DNA of 64,000 nucleotides from Azolla caroliniana (GCA_043228905.1 JBHGNT010000016.1:5146001-5210000); one strand, 5' to 3'; positions 50,520 to 64,000 are shown, counted from the first letter of the stretch. Numbers and translations: made by a program. Notes: generated by a model from the letters alone, not told the origin.

Positions 50520-53500
50520 TTATCTACGCCTTCGCCGAGAATCCTTGGAGCTATGATTTGCACCTGGAGAAGTATTACTCCCATAATCATAAGAATAACC
50601 TCGTGGTGAACCTTGCTCATCTCGCCCTCCTCCATAGGAGGGAAGCACGGAACTTCCTTGGTAGGAAGCAATTGGCATCATTCCAGGATTGCCATGACTA
50701 ACATCTCGACCTTTAAACAAATTGCTTCGAAGCCTTGTTAGGACTTGTATCAGTGCTGCTTCCACCATAGGTGCCTCGCCTGACAACTATTGAAGGAAGG
50801 AATATTCTTTAGAGGACACATTTATCTTTGCCTTCAGGCATTGAAAAATATATTTCTTGAAAAGAGAAATTTCTTTAGGGATTAGAGTTTCAGATGCGAG
50901 TGTTCAACAACCACGGTTTTAAATAACTATGATTAGTAGTTTTTTGATGTGCAATAAAATTCTCACAATAAATGGTGATAAAAAAAGGGTTTTTTTTTTT
51001 TCAGGGGGGGGGGGGGGATATACTCAGGCAATATGCAAATAGTTCCAGTTTCCATGAATACGATTGATGAAGTTAGAAAGTCAAACTACTGAATTAGAAC
51101 ATCTATAACTCTTATGTATTAAGGTAATTAAATGAACATATTAAAAAAGATGGAAGAGAAGAGAAATTTGATTACTTGAACAAGCTCACTTCCATCATCA
51201 GCGCATACTGGTAGCTCTTCCTTGGGTGGAATCCGAATGTTTGCCCTGCTCATCTTCCTCATTTCAGTAATAATTTGTCCACCTTTGCCAAGCAAGCAAC
51301 CTATCTGACTAGATCGGACCAATAACCGAATCGAAAGGATAGCATTCCGGCCATCTTTGTCTGCTGAGATATCCGCCAGACGTCTAAAGACTTGCATTGC
51401 AGCTTCAAGAACAGGAGATGCAAAGCCTTCAATATGCTGTGAGAGCCACAAGATATTTAGAACAAATACTAATACATGACCATAATAAAATATAATAAGG
51501 AACAACAGAAATAACCTCAATAGAAGAAATTTGAATGACTCTTTCGTCTGCATTGCCAACCTGATCACAAACCCTAATCTTAGCAGCTGACTCTTCTCGT
51601 AGCTTCCGGATGATGCTACCACCTTTACCAATCATGCTCCCTATTTTCTCATTTGGGCATAGAATGCATACCATGAGCTCTTCTTCAGAAGAACCATCGG
51701 ATCTTCCACTTCGCATCGGGAAAGAATTTGCACTTCCTGATCGATTATAATGGCCCACATTCATCATGTTGCTTGGAGCATGAACAGAAGAGTACATTCC
51801 ACCACCTGGGAATGAACCACCTTGCGAAAATCCTAGGGGTCGATGTGCTCTCTCTTTCACTGGATTCTCATGCAGCTTGCATGAGACAACATATAAAGCT
51901 TTCCTGACAACTGCAGGGGTTCCTGACAACTGCAAGAGTGAAGGAAATGTATTTCGATTAATGCATTCTGCATGCCAGTTAAGTGTATCAGTATGGCTAT
52001 GGGGGAATTCGGTTATGTGACAGAGGAATTCAGGTATTATTAAAAAGGGACCTCTAGTTAATATTGTAGCCTTTGTTATCTATCCATCACCACTGATCCT
52101 TGTAAAGGGTTGCCAATGGTTTCTGCTTCTCTATCTCCCTAAGGACCACTACCAAACCAGGAGTGAGTTCCTTCTGAACGAAAATGTGAGCAACCTCCAA
52201 TCAAAATGCTCTTATTCAGCTTTGACACAGATCTGAGCATTGTTTCTTACTTTGGTTTATGATTCTCCAATTTTGTCGATATGTTTAATTTAGTGAGGAA
52301 GGCATGGTCTTCCTAAGTTATTTTGTTTTAGATCTGATCGAACGTAAGTCAGGTAGCTTTGAAGAAAACAGAGGAGTGGCTGGTGGCTATGATCAGACCT
52401 CCTCACATTTATTGCACTGAAGCGTCATGTGAAGATATTATGATGTCGTGGAAGATGGACAGTGTCGCTGGTCTTTATGGTCAATGAGCTACAGCTTAGG
52501 GATAAAACAATGTCTTGTTATTTTCGCTGTGGGTACTGCTGGTCGGATTTCCACAAAAACTTCAGAATAAAATGATTCTCAAACCATAAGAGAGCAATGC
52601 AGATGGGAAAATGGAATTAAGTTAGAGTGCTAAAAGGGCACATGGTAGAAAGCCACTTCCTCAAAACACTGTTTTTCAATGTTTGTTACATACAAGGCTT
52701 CATTGTTCCTATTTATTGATAATAAAGACTTTGAAATTTTGAGATATCTCGGAGAGAACAATGGGAAGACAAAAGAGACTCAACTTGTTGACCTAAAAGC
52801 TTGCTTTCATCATCATCATTTTCACAGAGGGCTCCATCATGGCTATCTATATAAATTCTTGGTAGCATAGTGGCACTTTCAGGATTGTATCATCATCATC
52901 ATTTTCATAGAGGGCTCCATCATGGCTATCTATATAAATTCTTGTTAACATAGTGGCACTTTCAGGGGAAACAATGGTAAATAAAAAAAGGTTCAAGTTA
53001 GAGAGATAAAATAAACGGTAGAAGGTCAACACCTCAGACCTGATTCCACTGCATTTTTGCAGTACAAGGCTCCATTATGTGTATTTATCAAAAACAATTT
53101 GGAAAAAATAAGATATCTGAAACATGGAATTTGGAAAGTATATCTTAATGATCCTTTGCATAGAGAGCTCCAATGGAGCTACCTATCACAAAACTTAGAT
53201 ACCTGGAACCAAGGAAAGAATCTATTTCTAAGGGGGGTATCCATGCTACGAGATTCTACTGAGGCTATATATCGACAAAAGCTTGATGGCGTTGAGGTAC
53301 ATATAGAACCATGAAAAGCATCTATCTATTAAAGCTATATATCAATGATCTTTATGGCAAAGCATAGGCATAAGCTTGGTAGCATCGAGATGTCTGGTCC
53401 CATGAAAGGCATTTTATCTATGAATAAGGAGTCAAAACACCCTTGTTTTTTCATTGTCCTTTTTACTATAAAAGGCTCTGTTGCAGCTATATATCACAAA

Positions 53501-54947
53501 TCTTGGTAATCTTCTGGGCACAATGAGAGAGGCTAAAGAACTTATATTATATAGCTACGAACATGTGGTAAAAGGTAAAGTTCTCAACCCTTCTTTCATC
53601 GTCATAAGCTGCACAATTTGTGGTTATCTGCCCATGATAACACTGAGATATCTAGACCATGGCCAGCACTTTTCGACGAGGGTTACATCAATGATCATTT
53701 TCTCCATTGTTGGAGTGTAGGAAGTAATAATCGTTGTTGGCCAAGAGTTACATCGCCGATCCTTTTTCTCCATCATTGTTACTTATCGACAAAAACTTGG
53801 TAAAAATTTTGAGATATCTGGACAGAGGAAAGTATAAAGATTATCTCCCCATGCTGGTGTTTGTGGAGTGATGAGGGTCTTTTTCTTTGCAAAATGGCAT
53901 TACAGACTAAAAGACATCATGTATAGAATTGATGGCAAAGTGCTGAATAAATGGAATAATCAAACCACGGGTTAGGGAAAGGGATGTATGTTATTATCTG
54001 GCTCTTACTTGGACGAGTTCATCATTCGGGAAGGCACAAAGCGGGAGGCTCGATTTGGGAAGAACTCTTATTTGGGCTGCAATATCCTTCCTCATTTGCT
54101 CGATGATCCGTCCACCTTTCCCAATTAGGCAACCCACTTGCCCATCCGATACGAGAAGCCGAGCACTGATTTGGGTCGACCTCAGACCCTTTTTATCACC
54201 ATTCTCATCACTATCATTGTCATCTTCTCCTTCATCCTCTTCTTTTCTTTCAAGTGATGATTTGCCTATATCTTCTCTCTCTGTGATTCGTCCATGAATT
54301 CTAAACAAAGCTTCTTGAGCAGGGCAAAGCATTTCTTCTCTTTCCTCAACATCTCCCTCCCTTTCTCTCTCTATTCCATCCCTATCTCTGAGAGAAGAAG
54401 AGCTTATATAAATCACCCTCTCGTCGGCGCCATGGATTGCATCTTCAACCTTGATCTTTGCTCTGGTTTCTTCACGAAGTGTTTTTATGATACTTCCTCC
54501 TTTGCCTATTACTGCTCCGATCTTAGCAACAGGGCATAAAATTCTATATTCTGTTTCTGAACCTAAACCAAAAGGCAGAGGTGGTGGTGGAGGAAGAAGA
54601 TGGAGTTCAGAATCAGAACCTCTTCTTCTCTTATGTCTGCTTGCTTCTCTTTCTGTTCGATCTTCTCTTCTTCCTTGTCCTTCTGCTTCTTCTTCTTCTT
54701 CTTCTTCTCGTCTATCGTCTACTCTTCTTTCTCCTTCTTCTTCTTCTTCTTCCTCGACTTCTTCTTCTACTTCTTCTCTTCCATCGTGTCCTCTGCGATG
54801 GTGGTGGTGGTGGTGATGGTGGTGGTGGTGACCATCTTCTTCTTCCTCTTCCTCCTCCCTGCCATCTCTTTCGTAGTGAGAGTACGAATGCTTCACGGGC
54901 GATTCCTCCCACTCATCCGCCATTGCTTTGTCCCACTCATTCGCCAT
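50520..54947 (-). CDS. Multi-KH-domain RNA-binding protein (HEN4/PEPPER/PCBP-like), 4 exons, 4 KH domains
   Basis: Exons 54947-54009, 51929-51516, 51436-51176, 50786-50520. GxxG loops: IGAVIGKGG, VGCLIGKGG, IGSMIGKGG, IGCLLGKGG. N-terminal poly-Glu and poly-His. Confidence 0.92.
52806..52968. repeat. ~82-bp tandem duplication in KH gene intron 1
   Basis: CATCATCATCATTTTCA(C/T)AGAGGG(G)CTCCATCATGGCTATCTATATAAATTCTTG..CATAGTGGCACTTTCAGG occurs twice. Confidence 0.8.
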
Positions 54948-55619
54948 TGCTTCGAAGCTTTACACAACACAGGGGATGTGCAGAGCAAAGAAGAAGCTAT
55001 GGCTGTGCAGGGAAGCAGGGAATTAAATTTGGCGAGGACCAATTCCTTTCTCTGTCTCTCTCTTTTCTTCCCTGAGAGAAGAACGGCCAAGAAGAACCAG
55101 AAGATGAAACCCTAGCCAGGTAGCTTTTTGCTTTTCTGATAGCTTCTAGTAAAAGCTACAAGAAAGAGACAACACACATAGAGACAGATTTTTAGATACA
55201 TATTTACTTCATTCACTAATGCCATGTGTGTACATACATATACATATGTGATTGATAAATTTGATACGATTCGGAGCTCGATTGCTATGGTCAATATATA
55301 CATTATTTAGATGGTGATCGGTCGTAATGATTTGATTGAGCATATCCATTGTTATGGTCTCAATGTATATACATCATTTAGACGATTGATTGATCATACT
55401 GATTCAATCGAACATATCCATCGTGATCGAATCCAACATTTGTTGGTTCACACGATCGACTAATCCTCACTGAGATTTGAATTATGGATCGATTCGATGA
55501 GTTTCGACTGATTGAGATTTCAACCCCTTCGGTCTACTATACGTGGCTTGCAACCTTTACGATACGACCACCCAACATACGAATGACGGATACTAAACTA
55601 AGAAGGAATCTAACACATA

Positions 55620-56482
55620 TGTCATGAGTTTATTACTAATCAATAGACCGGAATAAAGTAAATATGTAAATAGATTTGATGGAAGAATTTTGTTCCACCC
55701 TAAGCTATGATCAAGACATAGCTAACCTACCACCGATGTCCCATGCCAACGTATATTAAGACGACTAATACATTGGAAGAGATAACACGATCATCAAACG
55801 AAAGCCTAGCCTACACCACCAACATCTTAAGAGGGTAGGTTTCTGACGTAATGTGTTTTATGGCTCATATTTATACATTTTCCTATGCCCCTTGAATGGA
55901 TGCATGCACCTATCATTCTTTCTATCCAAACTGTTGAGATATCAAGCTTGACTAAGTTTAGTCATTTAGTAAACCACATAACTTAGTAGTTATCTAAATA
56001 GAATCTAGTTAGAGTGTTGACTATAAAGTCTTAAATAGGATTTTATACTTGTACTTAAGCGGGGACACGTTCTAGATCCTCCACTACCAAGTTCATTTAA
56101 TATAGGACTCACATCCTTGTACCTATATTCTCCTCACACATGTGCACCCTTGCACATGAGATCTATATATACCTCATTGTGGGTATTTTTGTAACTTGAT
56201 GCATATTAATATAGAGAAAAGTTATCTAGCTACGCTATTGGTAATCATCCCCCATTTTGTCTTATTGTTAATAAGTGTATCTTCCTCTCTCTCTTCCTCT
56301 CACACACATACCACATAATATTCCGTTGCTTAATCACATATGTGATTAGCTACTCACATAATTAGATATTAATTAAACCTTAGTTAATTACCTAATTATT
56401 AACACAAACACATCAGTGAACATACTCTTCACTTATGTAAATATGAGTGACCTACCCTCACCTACGTGATGTGAGCATAACA
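55620..56482 (-). mobile_element. Diverged solo LTR related to the 37450 chromovirus LTR
   Basis: 55620-55920 is the reverse complement of the LTR 3' part (TATTACTAATCAATAGACC, CCTACCACCGA, GGAAGAGATAA, CGAAAGCCTAGCC). 56435-56482 is the reverse complement of the LTR start (AGTGACCTACCCTCACC..CATAACA). Confidence 0.8.
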
Positions 56483-57794
56483 ATGGAACATCCTTGCTTT
56501 TCATTGACACTACAAAGCATATGGCATTGGTTTAGGACTGCAAATTGATCCGGTTGTAGCAATGTATTTAATCCTTTTCCCACTTAGTGTCGTACCTTGT
56601 TGTGGTGAATGGAAGACATTAGACTTTGACCCTACATGCATCATGACCCATCACATGAATATTGGAAGCAATAATTCTTGTCGCGCAAATCAAGCACAAT
56701 CAATATAAAGAATAGGATAATGGCATGTGAATTTAGCAATGTCGAATATGTCGTTGTAACTTGTATCAATAATTCACGGGCAATGTTTTTAATCTTATTA
56801 ATACGACGTCTTTCCATGGTTGCTCGGTACCACAAAAAAGATTAAATCCTTTTGGTAAGTCATGTTTTCATTGTCAACCTCTTCGCACTTACTCAAATCT
56901 CATCGACATTATTTACTAATTATTTATAGAAATTCTAGAGGTAAAATGCGTGACATTTTGGTCTCCATCAAACAACCTTACCAATTGAGCTACAACCACT
57001 TTAGTCACATGTTTGTGTTGCAACATTCATTTGTACAACTCTTGAGTCGCTTCTAAACTCTACACACACTACACGGGAGAATGGTTTACATTGGTCTTGT
57101 AAGTTGTATTTGACATCTAACGATCATATTAGAACCCCTCTCTATCTATATTCCCATATTTGTTGACATTTACATATACGTGCGTGTGTGTGTGTGTGTG
57201 TTCTTTTTCTATTGCCACGAGTATGTTTTTTTAGGTAAATGAATCAAATTTAAAGGTAAACATATCATCGTGCGTTGGTCACATAGATTTACGTAATATG
57301 TGTGTTAGGTTCACGATAATTAAGAAAAAGAGGAATTGGTCAATGTCAAATACGCAAGTAACAAATAAATGGCCACTTTATAAGCATGTCACAATTATCT
57401 AAGTATATTGCAAACCAAAGGAAACACCACATACTTTGTCATGGAGTTTATAATGTTCTAGGACATTTTTAAACGAGTGGATTGTCACGGATATTGGATA
57501 TACCAAATGTATCAAAATTTAGCTTTGATTAAGTATGTTGCTATAATTTTCATTGTTTTTTTTATATTATGACAATATAAAAAACACATCGTAGTATACA
57601 TTGTATCCACCTCTTAATGGAAAATATGTAATGACATCATCAAATGATTGATTGATAAGCTTACATGGCACCATAACTCGAGATATGCATACAATATACA
57701 TATTTGCCTCCTAAGTATCCAGTGTATAGCATACCCCCATGCATAGGCCCACATCCAATACACATGAATGTTGACTCCTTACGCTCGAGACCCA

Positions 57795-58290
57795 ATGGGC
57801 CATGCATTGATCTACGTACCCTAATACATGTTAGGTGCCATCCTAAGCTACGCCACTATATATTTGATGTTGAGAAGGAAAATGGTCGAGTTAATATGTA
57901 AAAAACTGCAAAGTATATTAATTAATAGATTATGGTACATCACGAAAGGGTGGAATGAGGCTAAGTACTAAGAGAGAGCGAGAGCATAAGCAAGATCACG
58001 AGATTGTCACAGACAAGTAGACGAGGCTCAATATTAAGAGGCTATGGGCCATGCATTGATCTACGTACCCTAATACATGTCGGGTGCCATCCTAAGCTAC
58101 ACCACTATATATTTGTTGTTGAGAAGGAAAATGGTCGAGTTAACATGTAAAAAACTGCAAAGTATATTAATTAATAGATTATGGTACATCGCGAAAGGGT
58201 GGAATGAGGCTAAGTACTAAGATAGAGTGAGAGCATAAGCAAGATCACAAGATTATCACAGACAAGTAAATGAGGCGCAATATTAAGATA
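57795..58290. repeat. ~249-bp tandem duplication, possibly part of another decayed LTR
   Basis: ATGGGCCATGCATTGATCTACGTACCC...CAATATTAAGA at ~57795 and ~58044. Confidence 0.8.
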
Positions 58291-60654
58291 TAATGGGAGA
58301 GAGAGCATAGACAAGAGAACAAGCAAGAGAGAGAGAAAATAGACAAATGAACAAAAACTAAATTATGCTTTCGTGACTGGTGTTGTGTCACCTTGATTGT
58401 GATAAGTAATCACTTGGATACGGTGTTGAGCCCTGGCTAAATAGGGTCTCCATTCTTCAAAATAAGCAATAATAACGCATTGATTGTAATCAAGGTGCAC
58501 CCCAGTATATATACAAGAATGTGGAGGAATGCATGAAAGCTAGAAGACTTCTAGAGAGTGCATGAAAATGAAACTTTTGTTGAGAAAACTACTTTGATGA
58601 AACTTTATTCTTTGATGAATATCGATTTACTCGCAAAATTTATTGCCAGAACGTAAATGTAAATGCTATTGAAAATTGCAACAAGCATAAGTCCAATTGA
58701 GATTGCAAACTCTTCATAGAGGCATAGGTAGGGAGGAATTCAGTGTTGTCAAGTTATGTAGTAGTCTAATATGACCTTTACATCAATGGATCCATTAATA
58801 ATTGTTAAATCCAAGTTGACTAGTAAAGCTTGCACCTTACAACCATATGCAAAGGGTGTGATGCTACATTCAAAATTGAATAACATTCACGCGTGAAAAC
58901 ATCTATTTGCAAATTCCTTTCGTAGCTTGAAAACATTACAAACCACGCGAGTACAAAATAATTAGTGATTGTTCCGTCATCATTGACAATTCCAGTATTG
59001 AAATATATGTTGATTGCCTTTAAAGGCAATGGCAACAAGTCAACACAATATATACACACACGATATCACCTTAAGAATAGTCTCTCAATGGCTATGATAT
59101 GGTTAGCTTACATAAATATGCACCATTGTAAAATAAATGCTCAATGGACATCCATTGAACCCAAGTGTCACATTTTATACTATCGATTTGAGTTCACAAC
59201 AAAAGCATCTTAGAGCTAAAAAGATCAAAAGTGACGATCAATGCATAATGAGAATGACAAGCAATGGTCACTACATATATACCTACTCCTCGTTGATCTT
59301 GTTGGAAAACATGGCATGATTGTTTGTATCATATAAAGTAGCCAGTCACATCAATGATCGAATCTTGCAATAAAGATGTGGAGGTCATGCTTGGGGGTAT
59401 CAAAGGTGAAAAGGATCAAGAAAGACAATAATTTCCAACGTGAGTGTAGGGTGAGTTTAAAGACACATTACAAATTGCGATAGTAATGGGTGTTGTTTAA
59501 CCCTATAGGGTGTACAATACTCACAATGGAGGCCAACTCCAAAGAGCAACGAGCTTCATAGATGTAATATATAGTAGTACTACTCAATATGTCCCACAAT
59601 GGTTGCACTTGCTTCCTTCTCTCCGTAAAATTGCATGGACACAAATGGAAGTACACGAACTATTTCGGAGTTAGTGTTAAAACCATGGTACACAATTTCA
59701 AAATCATTGTAAAAAATAGAATGGACAAGCTATGTCCAACCTACCATGCCCATATGAATACCAATGGGGGAAAGTAATTGACAAATATTCTTACGAGGTG
59801 TTTCCATACCAGTCAACACTCGGGGCAATCCCATAAACAACGTTTCTAAGTTTCAACTTGCAAATGACATCAAGCACAACTAGAGGATACACCCAATGTA
59901 CCAATAAGGCAGGCTCAATGAGCAAGTATTTGCCGTGGTAGTTTTCTTTCCTTTTGTAATGGTACAATTTTTAGTTCCTTTTGTAATGGTACATGTTTTA
60001 GGAAGAAGGAAGGATATCCAACCATTATGGGAATTACTTAGTATCATTGGCATGCCACATTTGGAAGGCTAGTTGCTCCCTTTTTCATCAAGTTAGGGTT
60101 TCACCAATTGAAGTGGTGTGTAACATTTGGTTGGACATGGTCCATACCACAAAAGGATAGTGGGATAGTTGTATTGGGGATTCAAATTCTCATCATCTCC
60201 GGTTCATTACTCTTGTCCTTATATATACAAGAATAGTATAATGTATTGGATCTCCTTCCAATTTGTGATGTATAGGAAGTTGGTGGTAATCGGCGAGATG
60301 GTGGATGTGGAAAGAGGAAGCATATTTGTTGAGTTGACAGTATAATGTATTGGATCGCCTTCAAATCTGCAATAGACAGGTTGAAGAAGTATTGAAAGGT
60401 TCATAACTATGACCTGCGAGGGCTTGTTTCCGAATATAAGTACTTTGGTTGTTGTCTATGGATATGATACCTTGCATTGTGTCAAAGGAAAAACTTACAA
60501 TCAGTGGATTGTTTTCTCTATTTTGGATGTGTTTCCTCAACCAATGTCTTTCACAAGACAGGTTGGGGGGGGAAAAACTTTGTATGTTGTAGTTGTTATG
60601 ACCCTTTTTATACAACTAATGGAAGGAAATTTGTTTTGGAAAAATAAATAAATA

Positions 60655-61005
60655 ACGTTATATATGCACATATATAACGTATATACATGTGTGCTATTGT
60701 ACATACATGAATGTAGACACACACACACACACAAAACCACACCACACACATATACTATGTATGTACACATGCATAGATATGTAAACATAGACATGGCCCC
60801 CCACGTACACACGTATGTACACATATGCATACTTACACACAACACATACGTACGAAATACATACACATTCACACACACACACACACACATGCACAAAAAT
60901 GCATGCCTGTACACCTACATAAACAAGCGCCCAAACTCACGTGCACACTGCATCCATACACACATGCTAGGCACAAACATACACACACACATTACCTACC
61001 TACCT
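60655..61005. repeat. CA/TA-rich low-complexity tract
   Basis: Degenerate (CA)n/(TACA)n. Confidence 0.85.
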
Positions 61006-61175
61006 ATCCCGTGGTGTCTAACTACTACCAAATATTAAAGAGGCCAAGTGAGGGAATCGCGGAGAGGGACGGTGCAGGTCGCACCGCTGATGGCGCGTTC
61101 GATCTCCACCGTCCAAGATGGATGTGGAATAGGCGCGAAAAAGCGCGCCACGTAAAAAGGGAGCCCGGCTCATAC

Positions 61176-61357
61176 AAAATGGAGCCCGACTCATTAAAGA
61201 AGGGCTCCACTTTGTGAAAGGGAGCCCTTCTCATTCATGTTCAGGGAAGTATAAAAACCCATTCAGGCAAAATGGAGCCCGACTCATTAAAGAATGGCTC
61301 CATTTTGTCAAAAGGGAGCCCTTCTCATTCATGTTCAAGGAAGTATAAAAACCCATT
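61176..61357 (+). repeat. Two ~93-bp direct repeats with GGAGCCC/GGGCTCC internal stems
   Basis: AAAATGGAGCCCGACTCATTAAAGAA..GGCTCCA..GGGAGCCCTTCTCATTCATGTTCA.GGAAGTATAAAAACCCATT occurs twice. Confidence 0.8.
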
Positions 61358-61574
61358 TTCTGTCATTTTCTGTCATTCGTGGGTTTGAGGGTTTAGGGTT
61401 TTTGAGCGAGGCGCACCACCTGTCTGCGAGCACTCGTTGCAAACATCTCCGGTGAGGCACTGCATGCACCTGCAGTCCAGAGGTAGGCATCATATTCCTT
61501 CTATTAGGTTTTGGTTTTTATTAGGTATCATATTCTTTCTATTAGGTTTAGGGTTGCTTCTAATAGGTACCATA

Positions 61575-62355
61575 AATGTGTGTATGATTAAATACATGTA
61601 TGTGTGTATGATTCAATACATTTGTGTGTGTATGTGTATGATTAAATACATGTATGTGTGTGTATGATTGAATACATTTCTGTGTGTGTATGATTGAATA
61701 CATTTGTGTGTGTGATGGGTTTAGGGTTACATGTATGTGTGTTGTATTTAAGATCTTCTTTGGGCTGTGAATGTGTGTGTTTGTTGTATGATTGAATACA
61801 TTTATTTGGGAATGTGCGTGTATACATGTGTATGATTGAATACATTTCTGTGTGTGTATGATTGAATACATGTATGTGTGTATGATTGAATACATTTGTG
61901 TGTGTGATGGTTGAATACATGTATGTGTGTATTTAAGATCTTCTTTGGGCTGTGAATGTGTGTGTTTGTTGTATGATTGAATACATTTATTTGGGAATGT
62001 GTGTGTATACATGTGTATGATTGAATACATTTCTGTGTGTGTATGATTGAATACATTTGTGTGTGTGATGGTTGAATACATGTATGTGTGTATTTAAGAT
62101 CTTCTTTGGGCTGTGAATGTGTGTGTTTGTTGTATGATGAATACATTTATTTGGGAATGTGTGTGTATACATGTGTATGATTGAATACATGTATTTGTGT
62201 ATTTTAGATCTTCCATGGGCTGCGAATGTGTGTGCATGTGTATGATTGAATACATGTTTGTGTGTATTTAAGATCTTCTATAGGCTGTGATTTAATACAT
62301 GTATGTGTGCATTTAAGATCTCCCATGGGCTGTGTATGATTGAATACATGTATGA
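61575..62355. repeat. Minisatellite built on TGTATGATTGAATACAT with higher-order units
   Basis: About 25 copies of the core, interleaved with TATTTAAGATCTTCTTTGGGCTGTGAATG blocks. Confidence 0.9.
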
Positions 62356-62532
62356 TTTTGATTTTGCCAACATTTGAATGCTTGAATTTGCCCATGTGAT
62401 TCATGCATTATTGGGCTCTTTTTTATGCCCACATTTGAATGTCAAATCTAAAATCTTGTATACATTCTTTGCGTTTTTTCTCCCTAAATAATAGTAATGT
62501 AATGAATGCCTTTCTAAAAATGTTTTGTACAG

Positions 62533-64000
62533 ATGGCTAGTCGGTCCAAGATCTTCATAGACTTTGATGCAGATTGGGGTGAAACAATACCCTATGAAGG
62601 GAGGTATGGCATGAATCATTTCTCTACTTTATATTGTGTATAAATAATAATGTTTGTGTGCTAACTTGAATGTTGGTTTAGGGTTTATGTAAGAAAGGGT
62701 GTTAGGTGCCCCAAATCCAATGATACGGAGGCTGAAAACATCATTACTCAAGACTCGAGCATGGATACGAACCCCATGCATGACGTGGGTCCAGGTGTTG
62801 AAGATATCAAAGTAAATGGTGAGTTTATGTCCATTCTTATAATCATTATTGATGTAAGCATATTTTGGGTTTTTCTAATGCAAATGTGACACCATTGTTG
62901 TAGTGGACCCTATGTCCCTCTTCAAGTGTGGAAGAGACTCAACAGGTATCAAATGTCGCACCTGTATTGTGGGAGATTCGTGTAGAAAAGAGGGGAGATG
63001 GTTTCGAAAAAAAGCGGACATGGAGGCCCATTTACAGAAGGCACATGGCATCCATGTAATACTGCCTCGGGGGCTAAAGATAGACGAAGAAGAGCAATCG
63101 ACCTCCATGAGGAGTACAACCACATCATTCTTCAGCGAATACGAAAGACAACGATCAATAAATCGTTTTTTGGATCCGGAGCTCAAGTATAATAGATCAC
63201 GCCAATCACACGTGAGGAAGTTGAGGACAAGAGCAATAAAAATCTTCAAAGCCACTCCGGACTCACTTCGAACATGCAAGGAGGTTGATTTCATTGCTCA
63301 ATTCGTTAGCCAACAAATGGCCAGGTATGACGAGGGAAAGGAGCATAGGATGGCAAAAGTGAGGTTGAAGATTGCGGATGCGTCTAAAGATTATGTAAGT
63401 ATGGTTTATGATTTTGTGTGCATCTTATGTGAGTTTAAAACTTATGATTATGTGTGAATCTTATGTATGAATTGTAGTGTTTGCGTCATGGAATTCCCAT
63501 ACCAAAGGATGAGGCACATGTCGAGATCGATGGTGGTCAAGACCAACTGTCAGAATCGACAATGCAACAAGCAAGGAGGCCGAAAATCCAAATCCGCAGG
63601 AAAGAAGTGGACCCATGTAATTCGGAGTTCATTACATCATCTGACACAGATGAGGATGCAGACATTGGGATTGTCTTTGTTGGTCCAGGGACAATCTCGA
63701 AAACATGGGATAACTCTGCAAGAAATAAGTTCACCAGGTATGTTGTTATGCTGGGGGCATGATATCAATAGTTAACATCATGTTTGTTTAGTAGTTACTA
63801 ATCTAGCCTAATAAACAGGTATCAGGTGGCATGCCGACGACTGGATGTAGCGGTCTTCTTGTCGGAGATACAACTATGTTCGTTGATCACAGTAGGGGAG
63901 ATGGCATCCACATGGATGATAACCCTCTTCCATTTATGGATGGAGTACTCGCTGCCCCCCGAGATCAACAAGCGGTTTCATATTGTGGATCCGCTATTGT
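62533..64000 (+). CDS. Spliced gene, 3'-incomplete: C2H2-like zinc finger plus start of a possible Ulp1/C48 protease-like domain; probably transposon-associated
   Basis: Exons 62533-62603, 62682-62818, 62904-63394, 63478-63737 and 63819-end join in frame with GT-AG. CRTC..C..F..KADMEAHLQKAH. The last exon SEIQLCSLITVGEMASTWMITLFHLWME..KRFHIVDPLL resembles the Ulp1 N-terminal pattern. Confidence 0.6.

Noticed and set aside
54451-55115. Plus-strand ORFs of 121-171 aa
   Set aside because: Antisense shadows of the repetitive KH exon 1.
58116-58683. Second solo LTR (TGTTG..CAACA with a minus-strand TATA)
   Set aside because: No matching TSD, PBS or partner LTR; boundaries unsupported.
59280-60640. 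Coding-like decayed segment
   Set aside because: No intact frame or recognisable domain.
60537-62404. His/Thr/Tyr-rich ORFs
   Set aside because: Translations of CA/TA microsatellite and minisatellite.

Overview
This is eukaryotic land-plant nuclear DNA, plausibly a fern or another non-seed plant (inference from PLS-class PPR debris, a plastid tRNA insert and the transposon types). Five intron-containing host genes can be reconstructed by hand: mevalonate diphosphate decarboxylase (+), a TMEM135-family membrane protein (-), kinetochore scaffold KNL1/Spc105 (-), a Hikeshi/OPI10 homolog with an N-terminal extension (+) and a four-KH RNA-binding protein (-). A sixth spliced gene, with a Zn-finger and a possible Ulp1-like domain, runs off the right edge and may be transposon-borne. 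Mobile DNA comprises a 5'-truncated L1-type LINE with a 15-bp TSD, a very young chromovirus (Gypsy) with near-identical LTRs, an older related solo LTR, and a three-tier nest: an L1 remnant holds a hAT-type non-autonomous element (8-bp TSD), which holds a full-length RTEX-like LINE. That LINE is the most striking system. Its ORF1 and ORF2 are in one frame, separated only by TGA-CGG, a known readthrough context. It ends in a perfect palindrome plus a (TTTC)n tail and sits in a (TC)n tract, and a second 3'-end stub of the same family also lies in a (TC)n tract. All calls come from reading the sequence by eye; no database searches were run.
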